Source: Candidatus Aminicenantes bacterium
GTDB taxonomy: Bacteria > Acidobacteriota > Aminicenantia > JAMOAD01
NCBI GenBank assembly: GCA_027067555.1
Contig: JAMOVU010000070.1
Coordinates: forward strand, 63,461 to 127,460
Length of the DNA: 64,000 bases
Direction: 5' to 3'
In this document: piece after piece, positions 38,601 through 46,771 of the stretch
How positions within the stretch are numbered: the first letter of the stretch is position 1
How the letters are laid out: each line of letters starts with the position of its first letter
Translations under genes and position numbers: made by a program
Notes under the pieces: generated by a model
What the model was told of the DNA's origin: nothing
Database searches by the model: none
What the model saw: the letters and a program-made list of their open reading frames with translations, nothing else

Positions 38601-40344
38601 ACTTTTACTATTATTTACTATCTTTCATCTCCTTGGATTAGCTCTTTTTTCAGAAATAATAGTTACTGCGGACACAGATAGAGATATTATTAATTCAGGA
38701 GAATCCTTTTCATTTATTTTAACAATAGAGGCAAAAAACGAGAAATTGAAAACTAATCCCACTGATGTAAAATTCCCGAAAATAGATGGACTAAAAATTC
38801 TCAACACATATACCTCATCAACCCATTCCTATTCCTTTATAAACGGAAAAATGTCAAGTTCGGATATTCTGAAAATATTTTTTCAATTAGCATATTTAGG
38901 AAATAAAAAGAAAATAAAAATTCCGGGAATAAAAGTAATCGTAAACAATAAATCATATTTTTCAAACCCTGTTGAAATTTCTGTAGGCGGAGGAAATAGA
39001 GGAATAAATAATAAATTAGAAAAGGATTATTTCATAAGCACGGATATCTCAAAACAAAAAGTATATGAATTTGAGCCATTTACCCTATCTTTTTCCCTCT
39101 ATGTTAAAGCCAACCTCAGAATATCCAATATAAATCTTACAGGTAAAGAAAATCCGAACAATTTTTTTATCCATTCCCTTTATGATATTTTCAAGCAAAG
39201 GCCTCAGGATATAATAAGCTCCATAAAAATAATCAATGGAAAAAAATATAGAAAAATTCTTTTATTCAAATATGAAATCGCAGCTTCAAAAAGCGGTGTT
39301 TTAAAATTACCGGTCTTTACGCTTGAAGGAATTATAAGCAAGCCTGATAATTTTTTTGAAGATGATTTCTTTGGATTTGGTAAAAGCTTTGTCCCTCAAA
39401 GAGTAATATTATTTCCGGGAAAAAAGACTGTAAAAGTTAAACCCCTTCCTCCAATTAAAAAAGAAAATTTTTCAGGAATTGTTTCAAATTCTTTAAAAAT
39501 AAAAAGTTCAATAAGTAAAAGAGAGGTGAAAGCAGGAGAAGGGATAACATATACCTTAACACTTCAAGGGAAAATATTTAAGGATCTGGTAAAAGCTCCT
39601 GCTTTTAAAAAATCTAATTTGTTTGAGTTTTACGAGCCTGAAGTGGAAGAATTACCCACCGGAATAAGTTTTAAATATTTGATAATCCCAAAAGTTTCAG
39701 GCGAGCTTGAGATCCCGGAAGTTTCTCTTACTTATTTTGATATAACCAAAGAAAAATACATAACCCTTAAAACCAAAAAGATAAAAATTAAAGTTTTAAA
39801 ATCAGATAATTATATTTACATATCTTCGGAAAAGAGAGAGTTAATAAAAATCAAAACAGGAGATATTTACTTTCTAAAACCGGTAAACACGATAAATGGA
39901 AAATTCAGGCCTGTTTACAAACAATTATGGTTCTGGACAATTTTCTTACTTTCAATTATTATGCTTTTAATAAAAATAGTCATTCTCATAAGAAAAAGAA
40001 AAGTTGAAAGAAACCAAAGACTCAAGAGAAATATCCTCGCTTCAAAAAGGGCAAGAAAGTGGAAGAAAAAGGCAAAAAAGATAGAGGAAAAGGAATTTTT
40101 TGCTTTTGCTTATAACTTTTTATTTGACTATCTGATTAACAAATTAAATATAGAGAATACTGCTATCACAGTGGAAAAACTCACTGAGATAATAAAAAAA
40201 GAGAAAGGAGATGAGATTTCAAGCAGAGTTAAAAATATTTTTAGCCATATTGAAATGGCAAAATTCTCTCCTGAAAAAAGAGCAAATATCAAGGAAATTA
40301 TCGATGAGATAGGGAAATTAATAGATATAATGGAGAAAGGATAA
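38569..40344 (+). CDS. BatD-like protein (secreted or periplasmic beta-rich domain, C-terminal TM anchor, short cytoplasmic tail)
   Basis: N-terminal signal or TM, a roughly 440-aa beta-rich region, a TM segment LWFWTIFLLSIIMLLIKIVILI, and a basic cytoplasmic tail. It lies immediately downstream of BatB-like and its start overlaps that gene by 32 nt. Confidence 0.45.
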   Translation: MGKSRAKRIGKLLLLFTIFHLLGLALFSEIIVTADTDRDIINSGESFSFILTIEAKNEKLKTNPTDVKFPKIDGLKILNTYTSSTHSYSFINGKMSSSDILKIFFQLAYLGNKKKIKIPGIKVIVNNKSYFSNPVEISVGGGNRGINNKLEKDYFISTDISKQKVYEFEPFTLSFSLYVKANLRISNINLTGKENPNNFFIHSLYDIFKQRPQDIISSIKIINGKKYRKILLFKYEIAASKSGVLKLPVFTLEGIISKPDNFFEDDFFGFGKSFVPQRVILFPGKKTVKVKPLPPIKKENFSGIVSNSLKIKSSISKREVKAGEGITYTLTLQGKIFKDLVKAPAFKKSNLFEFYEPEVEELPTGISFKYLIIPKVSGELEIPEVSLTYFDITKEKYITLKTKKIKIKVLKSDNYIYISSEKRELIKIKTGDIYFLKPVNTINGKFRPVYKQLWFWTIFLLSIIMLLIKIVILIRKRKVERNQRLKRNILASKRARKWKKKAKKIEEKEFFAFAYNFLFDYLINKLNIENTAITVEKLTEIIKKEKGDEISSRVKNIFSHIEMAKFSPEKRANIKEIIDEIGKLIDIMEKG

Positions 40345-40593
40345 ATGGAGATAAAGGATTGGGAAGACAAACTTTATAGGGAAATCTATGAAAGCATATT
40401 ATCCAAACTCGAGTTCAGGAAAAAACGAGATCCCAACTTTTCATTAAAAAGGATAAAGGGAGAGTTGGAGACAATGTATATTAATCAGGATAATTCATGG
40501 GCAGGAAGAAGCGCTGCTGAGGAGATTAAGATTTCCGCCACTATCTCTGCTTTTGAATTTTTCATAGCAAAAGAGGAAAAAGAAGAAAGCTAA
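40345..40593 (+). CDS. Small hypothetical protein (82 aa)
   Basis: Its ATG directly abuts the BatD-like stop (TAAATG). It is acidic with no motif and may be spurious. Confidence 0.3.
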   Translation: MEIKDWEDKLYREIYESILSKLEFRKKRDPNFSLKRIKGELETMYINQDNSWAGRSAAEEIKISATISAFEFFIAKEEKEES

Positions 40594-40609
40594 GCAGATA
40601 CAAGCCTCA

Positions 40610-40683
40610 AGCTGAGCAGCAATTTTTGTCTTGTGTCTGGTGTCTTGTCATAAAATAGCTTTTTGCTGCTCCGCTGCTCAGCT
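40610..40683. repeat. Inverted repeat: 11-bp perfect arms AGCTGAGCAGC / GCTGCTCAGCT enclosing a roughly 52-nt loop that contains direct repeats GTCTTGTGTCTGGTGTCTTGTC
   Basis: Arms at 40610..40620 and 40673..40683. Located between the end of the Bat-like cluster and the promoter of the next gene. Confidence 0.4.
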
Positions 40684-40704
40684 GTTCGGCTTTCTAAAGC
40701 TTTC

Positions 40705-40733
40705 TTGTCCCTATTTAAAAACCTAAGTATAAT
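40705..40733 (+). promoter_or_regulatory. Candidate sigma70 promoter (TTGTCC, 17-nt spacer, TATAAT) for the ICMT-family gene
   Basis: TTGTCC at 40705..40710 and TATAAT at 40728..40733, about 45 nt upstream of the ATG at 40777. Confidence 0.4.
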
Positions 40734-40776
40734 TGTATTTATATGAAAAAAAATTAATGTTATACTCTATTCTGAA

Positions 40777-41463
40777 ATGAGAGAAGATAGGAAAGTAAAA
40801 ATTGGAAATTTTCTTTTTAAACACAGAGGGATTTTACCTGCTCCATTTATTATTTTGCTTTTGGTTTTTGGCTCATCCCCAATTTCATTGAAATCAAACC
40901 TGCTAAAAATCTCAGGAATTTTAATTTCAATTTTAGGAGAAATAATCAGAATGTTTGTTGCCGGTTTTGCCAAGGAGAAAACAAGCGGACGTGGAATGAC
41001 AATAGAGGCATCAACTCTTGTTAACTATGGATTATATTCAATTGTAAGAAATCCCCTTTACATAGGAAATTTTCTCATATTTTTCGGATTCCTTCTATTC
41101 TCAGAAAACCTTCTTATGATACTTTTTGGCTCTATTATATTCTGGATCTACTATTACTATATTGTAGTAGCAGAAGAGAATTTTTTAAGGAAAAAATTCG
41201 GAAAAGAATATGATGATTTTTTAAAAAATGTACCCCGCTTTATTCCAAAAGGATTCAAAATAAAACTACCAAAAGATAAATATGATCTGAAAAAAGCAAT
41301 TTTTCGCGAAAAAGACACAATTTTCATATGGATTGTTGCATTCTCTTTCTTAAAAGAAAGATTATGCAATTTTTGCAAACCAAAACTATCTTTTATTCTT
41401 ATAGTAAGCATCTCATTAATTTTCTGGATTACAATAAACTTATACAAAAGGATGAAAAAATGA
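40777..41463 (+). CDS. ICMT/PEMT-family membrane methyltransferase (isoprenylcysteine carboxyl methyltransferase-like)
   Basis: Multi-TM protein. The C-terminal conserved block NPLYIGNFLIFFGFLLFSENLL...EENFLRKKFGKEYDDFLKNVPRF matches the ICMT/phospholipid-methyltransferase family. Confidence 0.7.
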   Translation: MREDRKVKIGNFLFKHRGILPAPFIILLLVFGSSPISLKSNLLKISGILISILGEIIRMFVAGFAKEKTSGRGMTIEASTLVNYGLYSIVRNPLYIGNFLIFFGFLLFSENLLMILFGSIIFWIYYYYIVVAEENFLRKKFGKEYDDFLKNVPRFIPKGFKIKLPKDKYDLKKAIFREKDTIFIWIVAFSFLKERLCNFCKPKLSFILIVSISLIFWITINLYKRMKK

Positions 41464-42224
41464 GATTCAAAAATGCAATTCTCAAAAGACCAGCAAAATC
41501 CTTTGTAAATGGATTAACCACTCAAAACTTAGGAAAACCGGAGTATGAACTTGCTTTAAAGCAACATGATGAATACATCAATGCTTTTAAAAATTTAGGC
41601 GTAAAGGCTATTATTTTAGAGCCTGATGAAAAATTTCCCGATTCATGCTTTGTTGAAGATACTGCAATAGTAACAGAAAAAGCAGCGATAATTACAAATC
41701 CCGGTACGGACACCAGAAAGGGAGAAATTCACGCAATTGAAAATGTGCTTAAAAACTTTTACTCAAATTTATATCACATAAAAGATCCCGGAACATTGGA
41801 AGGAGGAGATGTCCTAAGGGTAGATAATAAATTTTACATAGGACTATCAAAAAGAACAAACAGGGAGGGAGCAGAACAATTAAAACAAATCCTTGAAGAT
41901 CTTGGATACAAAGTATTTTTTGTACAATTAAAAAAATATCTTCATCTTAAAACAGGGATTGCATATTTAGGAAATAATACTCTTTTGATTGCCGGAGAAT
42001 TAAAGGAAAATCAGGCTTTCATAGAATATAAAAAGATTTTCGTTCCTGATGAGGAAGAGTATGTGGCAAACAGTATAATGGTAAACGAAACCCTCTTTAT
42101 TGCAAAAGGATTTCCCAAAACAAAAAAAAGACTTGAAGTTGAAGGTTATAAATTAGTGGAGCTTGATATGTCTGAATTTAGAAAGATAGATGGTGGCTTA
42201 AGCTGCCTTTCCTTAAGATTCTAA
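41460..42224 (+). CDS. Amidinotransferase-fold hydrolase, DDAH-like (N(G),N(G)-dimethylarginine dimethylaminohydrolase family)
   Basis: True start is ATG at 41460, overlapping the upstream stop as ATGA. The ORF-track start at 41328 is an in-frame upstream extension. Motifs DSCFVEDTAIV and C-terminal GGLSCLSLRF (catalytic Cys in a GG..C context near the C-terminus, as in DDAH). Confidence 0.65.
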   Translation: MRFKNAILKRPAKSFVNGLTTQNLGKPEYELALKQHDEYINAFKNLGVKAIILEPDEKFPDSCFVEDTAIVTEKAAIITNPGTDTRKGEIHAIENVLKNFYSNLYHIKDPGTLEGGDVLRVDNKFYIGLSKRTNREGAEQLKQILEDLGYKVFFVQLKKYLHLKTGIAYLGNNTLLIAGELKENQAFIEYKKIFVPDEEEYVANSIMVNETLFIAKGFPKTKKRLEVEGYKLVELDMSEFRKIDGGLSCLSLRF

Positions 42225-42227
42225 AAA

Positions 42228-43136
42228 ATGAGAAAAGAGACACTCGGGGCAATTTATGTTACCTCTGCTTATATAATTTGGGGAGTTTTACCCCTATACT
42301 GGAATCTTTTAAAAAGGATAAATTCAGCTGAAATCTTGGCTCACAGAGTTTTATGGGCTTTTTTATTCTTTTTATTTGTCAATTTTCTTAAAGGAAATAC
42401 AGAGCAAATAAAAAAAGTTTTAAAGGAGAAAGATAAATTAAAGCTTATTGCTATGTCATCTTTTCTTCTGGGATTTAACTGGTTTTTGTATGTCTGGGCT
42501 GTGACACACGGAAAGGTAATTGAAGCAAGCATGGGATATTATATAAACCCTATTTTCAGTATAATTTTAGGAGTGTTTTTTTTAAAAGAAAAATTAAACA
42601 AACTTCAGCTTTTTGCATTTTTCCTTGCTCTTACCGGTGTATTTGTTATGATAATAGGCTATGGAAAGGTACCCTGGGTGGCAATAGGGTTAATGCTTTT
42701 ATTTGGCTTTTACGGTCTTACAAAAAAAGTCTCGAAAATTGATTCTCTTGTAAGTTTAAATCTTGAAACATTGTTCATTTTACCATTTATCCTCTATCTT
42801 TTAATAATATTCAGAGTAAGGCAAATGCAAGCAACCCCATTCAATTCATTATATTATCTTTTACTACTTATTATCGGAGGAATATTAACAGCTATTCCTA
42901 TTTATCTATTCTCCGCAGGTGTAAAATTAATCAAGCTTTCTTATGTTGGTTTTTTTCAATACATATCACCTTCATTAAACTTGATTGTTGGTGTTTTTAT
43001 TTTAAAGGAAAGGTTTGGAACTGTGCATTTTATAAGCTTCTCTTTTATATGGGTATCTCTAATTCTCTTCATATTCTCAAATCTTAAAAAGAAAAATCAA
43101 GCGGAAATTATAAAAGAGGAGTTTTTTATTGAATAA
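42228..43136 (+). CDS. rarD: EamA/DMT-superfamily transporter, RarD-like
   Basis: N-terminus GAIYVTSAYIIWGVLPLYWNLL...EILAHRVLWAFLFF matches the RarD pattern (IWG..P.Y.......EIL.HRV.WS). Ten TM segments, 302 aa. Confidence 0.7.
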   Translation: MRKETLGAIYVTSAYIIWGVLPLYWNLLKRINSAEILAHRVLWAFLFFLFVNFLKGNTEQIKKVLKEKDKLKLIAMSSFLLGFNWFLYVWAVTHGKVIEASMGYYINPIFSIILGVFFLKEKLNKLQLFAFFLALTGVFVMIIGYGKVPWVAIGLMLLFGFYGLTKKVSKIDSLVSLNLETLFILPFILYLLIIFRVRQMQATPFNSLYYLLLLIIGGILTAIPIYLFSAGVKLIKLSYVGFFQYISPSLNLIVGVFILKERFGTVHFISFSFIWVSLILFIFSNLKKKNQAEIIKEEFFIE

Positions 43137-43830
43137 GGAAAAATTAATCATAGCTCACAGAGGTGCCAGAGGCTTAACTTTAACTGAAAACAGCTATGAA
43201 GCTTTTGATAAAACACTCGATTTGGGAGGCGAATGGGTTGAACTTGATGTAAGAAAAACAAAAGATGGAAAATTCATTGTATTTCATGATGAAAGCATAG
43301 ATGGGAAACCCATTTCTTCAATGAGCTTCGATGAAATCAAGAAAAAAAGAAAAGAGGTTGAAACACTTGAGGACATTCTATCAAAATATAAAAACAAGTT
43401 AAAATTTGACATTGAAATAAAAGAGGAAGGGGATGAGGAGAAAATTCTTAAAATTATAAAAAAGTATCTCTCCCCTAAAGATTTTTTCATCTCATCTTTT
43501 TCCGAGAAAACTATTTCAAAAATTAAGGAATTTGATCCTGAGATAAAAACAGGGCTTTTAATAGATAAAAATAAAAATATAATAAAAAAATTTTTTAGTT
43601 TTTTCCCGGAAAAAAGATTAAAAAGAGTAAAAGCGGATTTTGTTATCGCCCATTATTCAACTATTAAATTTTTCTTTTTTCAAAGAATGAAGCGTATAAA
43701 AATACCTGTATTTGTATGGACAGTTAACACTGAAAAAAGTTTGAAAAAATTAATGAAGAAACCATTAAATGGAATAATCACAGACAGACCTGACAGAGGT
43801 TTAGAGATTAACAGAAAAGTAAAAAAGTAG
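43129..43830 (+). CDS. Glycerophosphodiester phosphodiesterase (GDPD family)
   Basis: Motifs IIAHRGARG...ENSYEAF and ELDVRKTKDGKFIVFHDESID (the HR...E...E/D...H GDPD catalytic signature). Confidence 0.8.
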   Translation: MNKEKLIIAHRGARGLTLTENSYEAFDKTLDLGGEWVELDVRKTKDGKFIVFHDESIDGKPISSMSFDEIKKKRKEVETLEDILSKYKNKLKFDIEIKEEGDEEKILKIIKKYLSPKDFFISSFSEKTISKIKEFDPEIKTGLLIDKNKNIIKKFFSFFPEKRLKRVKADFVIAHYSTIKFFFFQRMKRIKIPVFVWTVNTEKSLKKLMKKPLNGIITDRPDRGLEINRKVKK

Positions 43831-43866
43831 CTTTACAAAGAGGATTATTTTAAATATAATTTTCCA

Positions 43867-44598
43867 ATGTATGTTGAAACAAAGACAAGATCCCTTCTGA
43901 AGGCAATATCGTGGAGGTTTTTAGCAACCACAACCACTACAATTATTGTTTACATTTTTTTCAAAAGACTTGACCTTGCAATTGCAGCAGGTGTGGTTGA
44001 AAGTATTACAAAAATTATAATTTATTTCATCCATGAAAGAATCTGGCAAAAGATAAAAATAGGAAAGAAAAAGATTGAACCATTTGTCCTGTGGTTTACA
44101 GGACTTCCTAAATCCGGAAAAACAACAATTGCTGATATTGTTTTTGAAAAGCTGAAAAAATACGATTATATTCCTCTGGAAAGAATAGACAGCAAGGACA
44201 TAAGAGATTTGATTCCTGAGATAGGATTTGACCGGGAGAGCAGAAAAATCCATCTTAAGAGAGTGGGAATTCTCATCAAAAGATTACAAAAAAATTCTAC
44301 ATCTGTTGTAGCATCTTTTGTTTCTCCCTACAAAGAGACAAGGGATTGCATAAGAGATATGACAGAAAATTTTATTGAGGTGTATGTAAAGGCCTCTCTT
44401 GAAACATGTATGAAAAGAGATAAAAAAGGTGTTTATAAAGAGGCAATGGAAGGCAAGAGAAAAAATTTTACCGGCGTATCCGATGCTTACAATGAACCTG
44501 AGAATCCGGAAATAGTACTTGATACAGAGACCCTTTCAGCGGAGGAGGCCGCTGAAAAGGTCTTAAATTATGTCAAAAAAAGATTTATAAAAAATTAA
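43867..44598 (+). CDS. Adenylyl-sulfate (APS) kinase-like protein fused to an N-terminal 2-TM membrane domain
   Basis: N-terminal 60 aa are two hydrophobic helices. Then LWFTGLPKSGKTTIA (P-loop, compare canonical WFTGLSGSGKST), and downstream KGVYKEAMEGKRKNFTGVSDAYNEPENPEIVLDT (compare the conserved KGLYKKAR..I.GFTGIDDPYE.P..PE block). Confidence 0.7.
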   Translation: MYVETKTRSLLKAISWRFLATTTTTIIVYIFFKRLDLAIAAGVVESITKIIIYFIHERIWQKIKIGKKKIEPFVLWFTGLPKSGKTTIADIVFEKLKKYDYIPLERIDSKDIRDLIPEIGFDRESRKIHLKRVGILIKRLQKNSTSVVASFVSPYKETRDCIRDMTENFIEVYVKASLETCMKRDKKGVYKEAMEGKRKNFTGVSDAYNEPENPEIVLDTETLSAEEAAEKVLNYVKKRFIKN

Positions 44599-46004
44599 AA
44601 ATCAATCTTCATTGAGACAAAAACAATCCTATCTTTCTTAAATTCTCCGAATTTTGTTTTCTTTTCATCTCCCGAAAGTACAAAAAAGCCTCCTGTGCTC
44701 AACTTTAGCCCATCAGCCACTCTGAATTCTATCATGGGGGTTAAAACAAATGAGCTCTCCTCCGAAAATTCCGCAATTCCGGAGAAAACTATCTTAATCT
44801 CATCATTATGAAACTTATATTCAAGATCAGGGATAAAATAGTCAGATACTTCACCGAAAAATTCCCCTTTTCTCTTTAAAAAGTATTTTTCAGCCTCTTT
44901 CGTAAAATCATATTCATCAAAAAACCCGTGAAGATACTGAAGATTTACATAAAAACCACCGGAAAAAGTATAATCTCCCCCTATTACATATTTAAAAAAA
45001 CCTTTCTTAAAAAGAGGAAAATCTATATTGGTAATACCAATAGGAATGTTGTTTACAATAACAGGGACCTGTATAAAAGCCTTTGTATCTTCCGGAATAT
45101 GATAAGCAATTTCACCCCAGAGGGTAACCCCGGAGATAACAGTTGAAAAATCAAACCCGATTATACTCTCTTTTCCGTAAAAGAAATCACCCTCTTTTGA
45201 AGGGTAAATTTTATACGCTTCTAAAAACGGAAGAGAGATATTCCCTTTGTAAAAGCTTACTCCGAAATCAGTGTTAAAAAGATTGGTGGTAAACCTTATA
45301 CCAAAATTCATATATTTAACTCTGCTCTCCCAATTTTTTTCAATTGAAATATTTTCAACTTGCATAGCTCTTTTTGTAAGAAAAGAATAACCGTAGGGAA
45401 GAGGAGCAATTTGATGCTGAAGCAAAAGGACAAACTGCATTTTTGAAGCATCACCTATATAATATTCAAAATTGAGAGCTGTCTGAGGCCTTTTTTCAAA
45501 TGAATAATCAGGGTCAAAGGTAAAAAAATTGGCAAAATCCATCGGATTAAGATTATCCACAACACCTATTTTATCAGAAGTCCCCCATGAAATTCTCTGC
45601 TTACCAATCGTAAGATCAAGGTTTTTTATAAGAAAATCGGATACGATAATATTCGCTTCATAAAGGTTAAGTTCAAAATACTCAGTTGAGTATGGTGTGC
45701 TTAAAATTCCGGATTCAGGAAAATTGGTACCACTGAAAATGGTTCCTGCATTTGAAAAAGCATCAAATCTTAAATTATAAGATATTCTATCATTTAAACT
45801 TCCGCTGAATTTTATTCTTGTTTCAAGTCTTTTAAGAGCAAACTCTCCACTTTCATGGGAAAAATATTTTCCGTTCCCATTTTCACTTACAAAAGCTGAT
45901 GTAAACAGCTTTATTCTTCCGGAAATATCAATATCCTTTCCAAAGGAGGATAATGAGCCGATAAATAAAATTATAGTAAGAAACAAAATAACTCTTTTTC
46001 TCAT
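44595..46004 (-). CDS. Secreted outer-membrane beta-barrel protein (uncharacterised)
   Basis: Signal peptide, alternating amphipathic beta-strand pattern rich in Y/F/G, and a C-terminal ...VFVSMKIDF with terminal Phe. It is the last gene of the tetR-RND operon. Confidence 0.45.
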   Translation of the reverse strand: MRKRVILFLTIILFIGSLSSFGKDIDISGRIKLFTSAFVSENGNGKYFSHESGEFALKRLETRIKFSGSLNDRISYNLRFDAFSNAGTIFSGTNFPESGILSTPYSTEYFELNLYEANIIVSDFLIKNLDLTIGKQRISWGTSDKIGVVDNLNPMDFANFFTFDPDYSFEKRPQTALNFEYYIGDASKMQFVLLLQHQIAPLPYGYSFLTKRAMQVENISIEKNWESRVKYMNFGIRFTTNLFNTDFGVSFYKGNISLPFLEAYKIYPSKEGDFFYGKESIIGFDFSTVISGVTLWGEIAYHIPEDTKAFIQVPVIVNNIPIGITNIDFPLFKKGFFKYVIGGDYTFSGGFYVNLQYLHGFFDEYDFTKEAEKYFLKRKGEFFGEVSDYFIPDLEYKFHNDEIKIVFSGIAEFSEESSFVLTPMIEFRVADGLKLSTGGFFVLSGDEKKTKFGEFKKDRIVFVSMKIDF

Positions 46005-46014
46005 CTTTTTCCTC

Positions 46015-46770
46015 CTATTTTACTCTTTTTTTAAGAAATCTCTTTGTAAAGATTCTTTTACCTAAATTAGAATCAACTTTAATATCTTCCATTTTCAAAA
46101 TAGTAAATGAATTATTCTTTTTATCAGTCATCTTAATATAAAAAATAATTTCATAATTTTTTACCTTTTTAAACTTTTGCTCTGCCACTTTCCACAGATT
46201 TCCGGAATTATCATAAAGCTCCATTTTAACAGGCATATAGCTTTTTTTATCAACAGTTAACACAATCTCCTTATAAGGTTTTTTAATGCCGGCTTTTTTC
46301 TTTAGTTTAAGAATCCAAAAATCACTATTCTCTTTTATAATTTCAGGAGTATAATTTTTGGAAAAAGCTGAGGCTCCCAGATCCTCATATGAAAAATCAG
46401 AACCCATAAATGAATCTTTTTTATTAGAGCTTGCTATCCTTCTAATCCTGTGAAATTCCGGAAGATAAAGATACATATCTTTTTCGGAAAGGGAAAGAAG
46501 CCCTACATTTTTTACATCAGAAGGACTGATGAATTTCATAACTCTCCAATCATCATCCCCTTTTACATTCTTTGTCCAAACCTTTAGTTTTCTGACTTTA
46601 ACAGAATCTCCTCTGTGAATTTCCATTGTCATTATTGCCTCAATATCTCTGGGTGCTTTTTCTCCTATGGTTTTCTCCTCAATTTTTTTTAAAATAGAAT
46701 CAGCTGTTTCACCGTAACCAAAATAAAAAACCAATGTAAAAAGAACTAAAAAAAATATTCTCTTTTTCAT
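46015..46770 (-). CDS. LolA-fold outer membrane lipoprotein-sorting-like protein
   Basis: Signal peptide followed by a roughly 230-aa domain (MTMEIHRGDSVKVRKLKVWTKNVKGDDDWRVMKFISPSDVKNVGLLSL...YLYLPEF...GSDFSYEDL) that resembles the LolA-like family frequently encoded next to RND/MMPL exporters. Confidence 0.55.
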   Translation of the reverse strand: MKKRIFFLVLFTLVFYFGYGETADSILKKIEEKTIGEKAPRDIEAIMTMEIHRGDSVKVRKLKVWTKNVKGDDDWRVMKFISPSDVKNVGLLSLSEKDMYLYLPEFHRIRRIASSNKKDSFMGSDFSYEDLGASAFSKNYTPEIIKENSDFWILKLKKKAGIKKPYKEIVLTVDKKSYMPVKMELYDNSGNLWKVAEQKFKKVKNYEIIFYIKMTDKKNNSFTILKMEDIKVDSNLGKRIFTKRFLKKRVK

Positions 46771-46771
46771 A

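Noticed and set aside
41328-41459. An upstream in-frame extension of the DDAH-like ORF (track start 41328) that would overlap the last 135 nt of the ICMT-family gene.
   Set aside because: The extension lies entirely inside the preceding gene. The conserved DDAH-like sequence begins at the ATG at 41460, which forms a classic ATGA stop/start overlap. The shorter model is preferred. The same applies to the 52253 start of the acyl-CoA dehydrogenase, where ATG 52313 with a GGAGG RBS is preferred.
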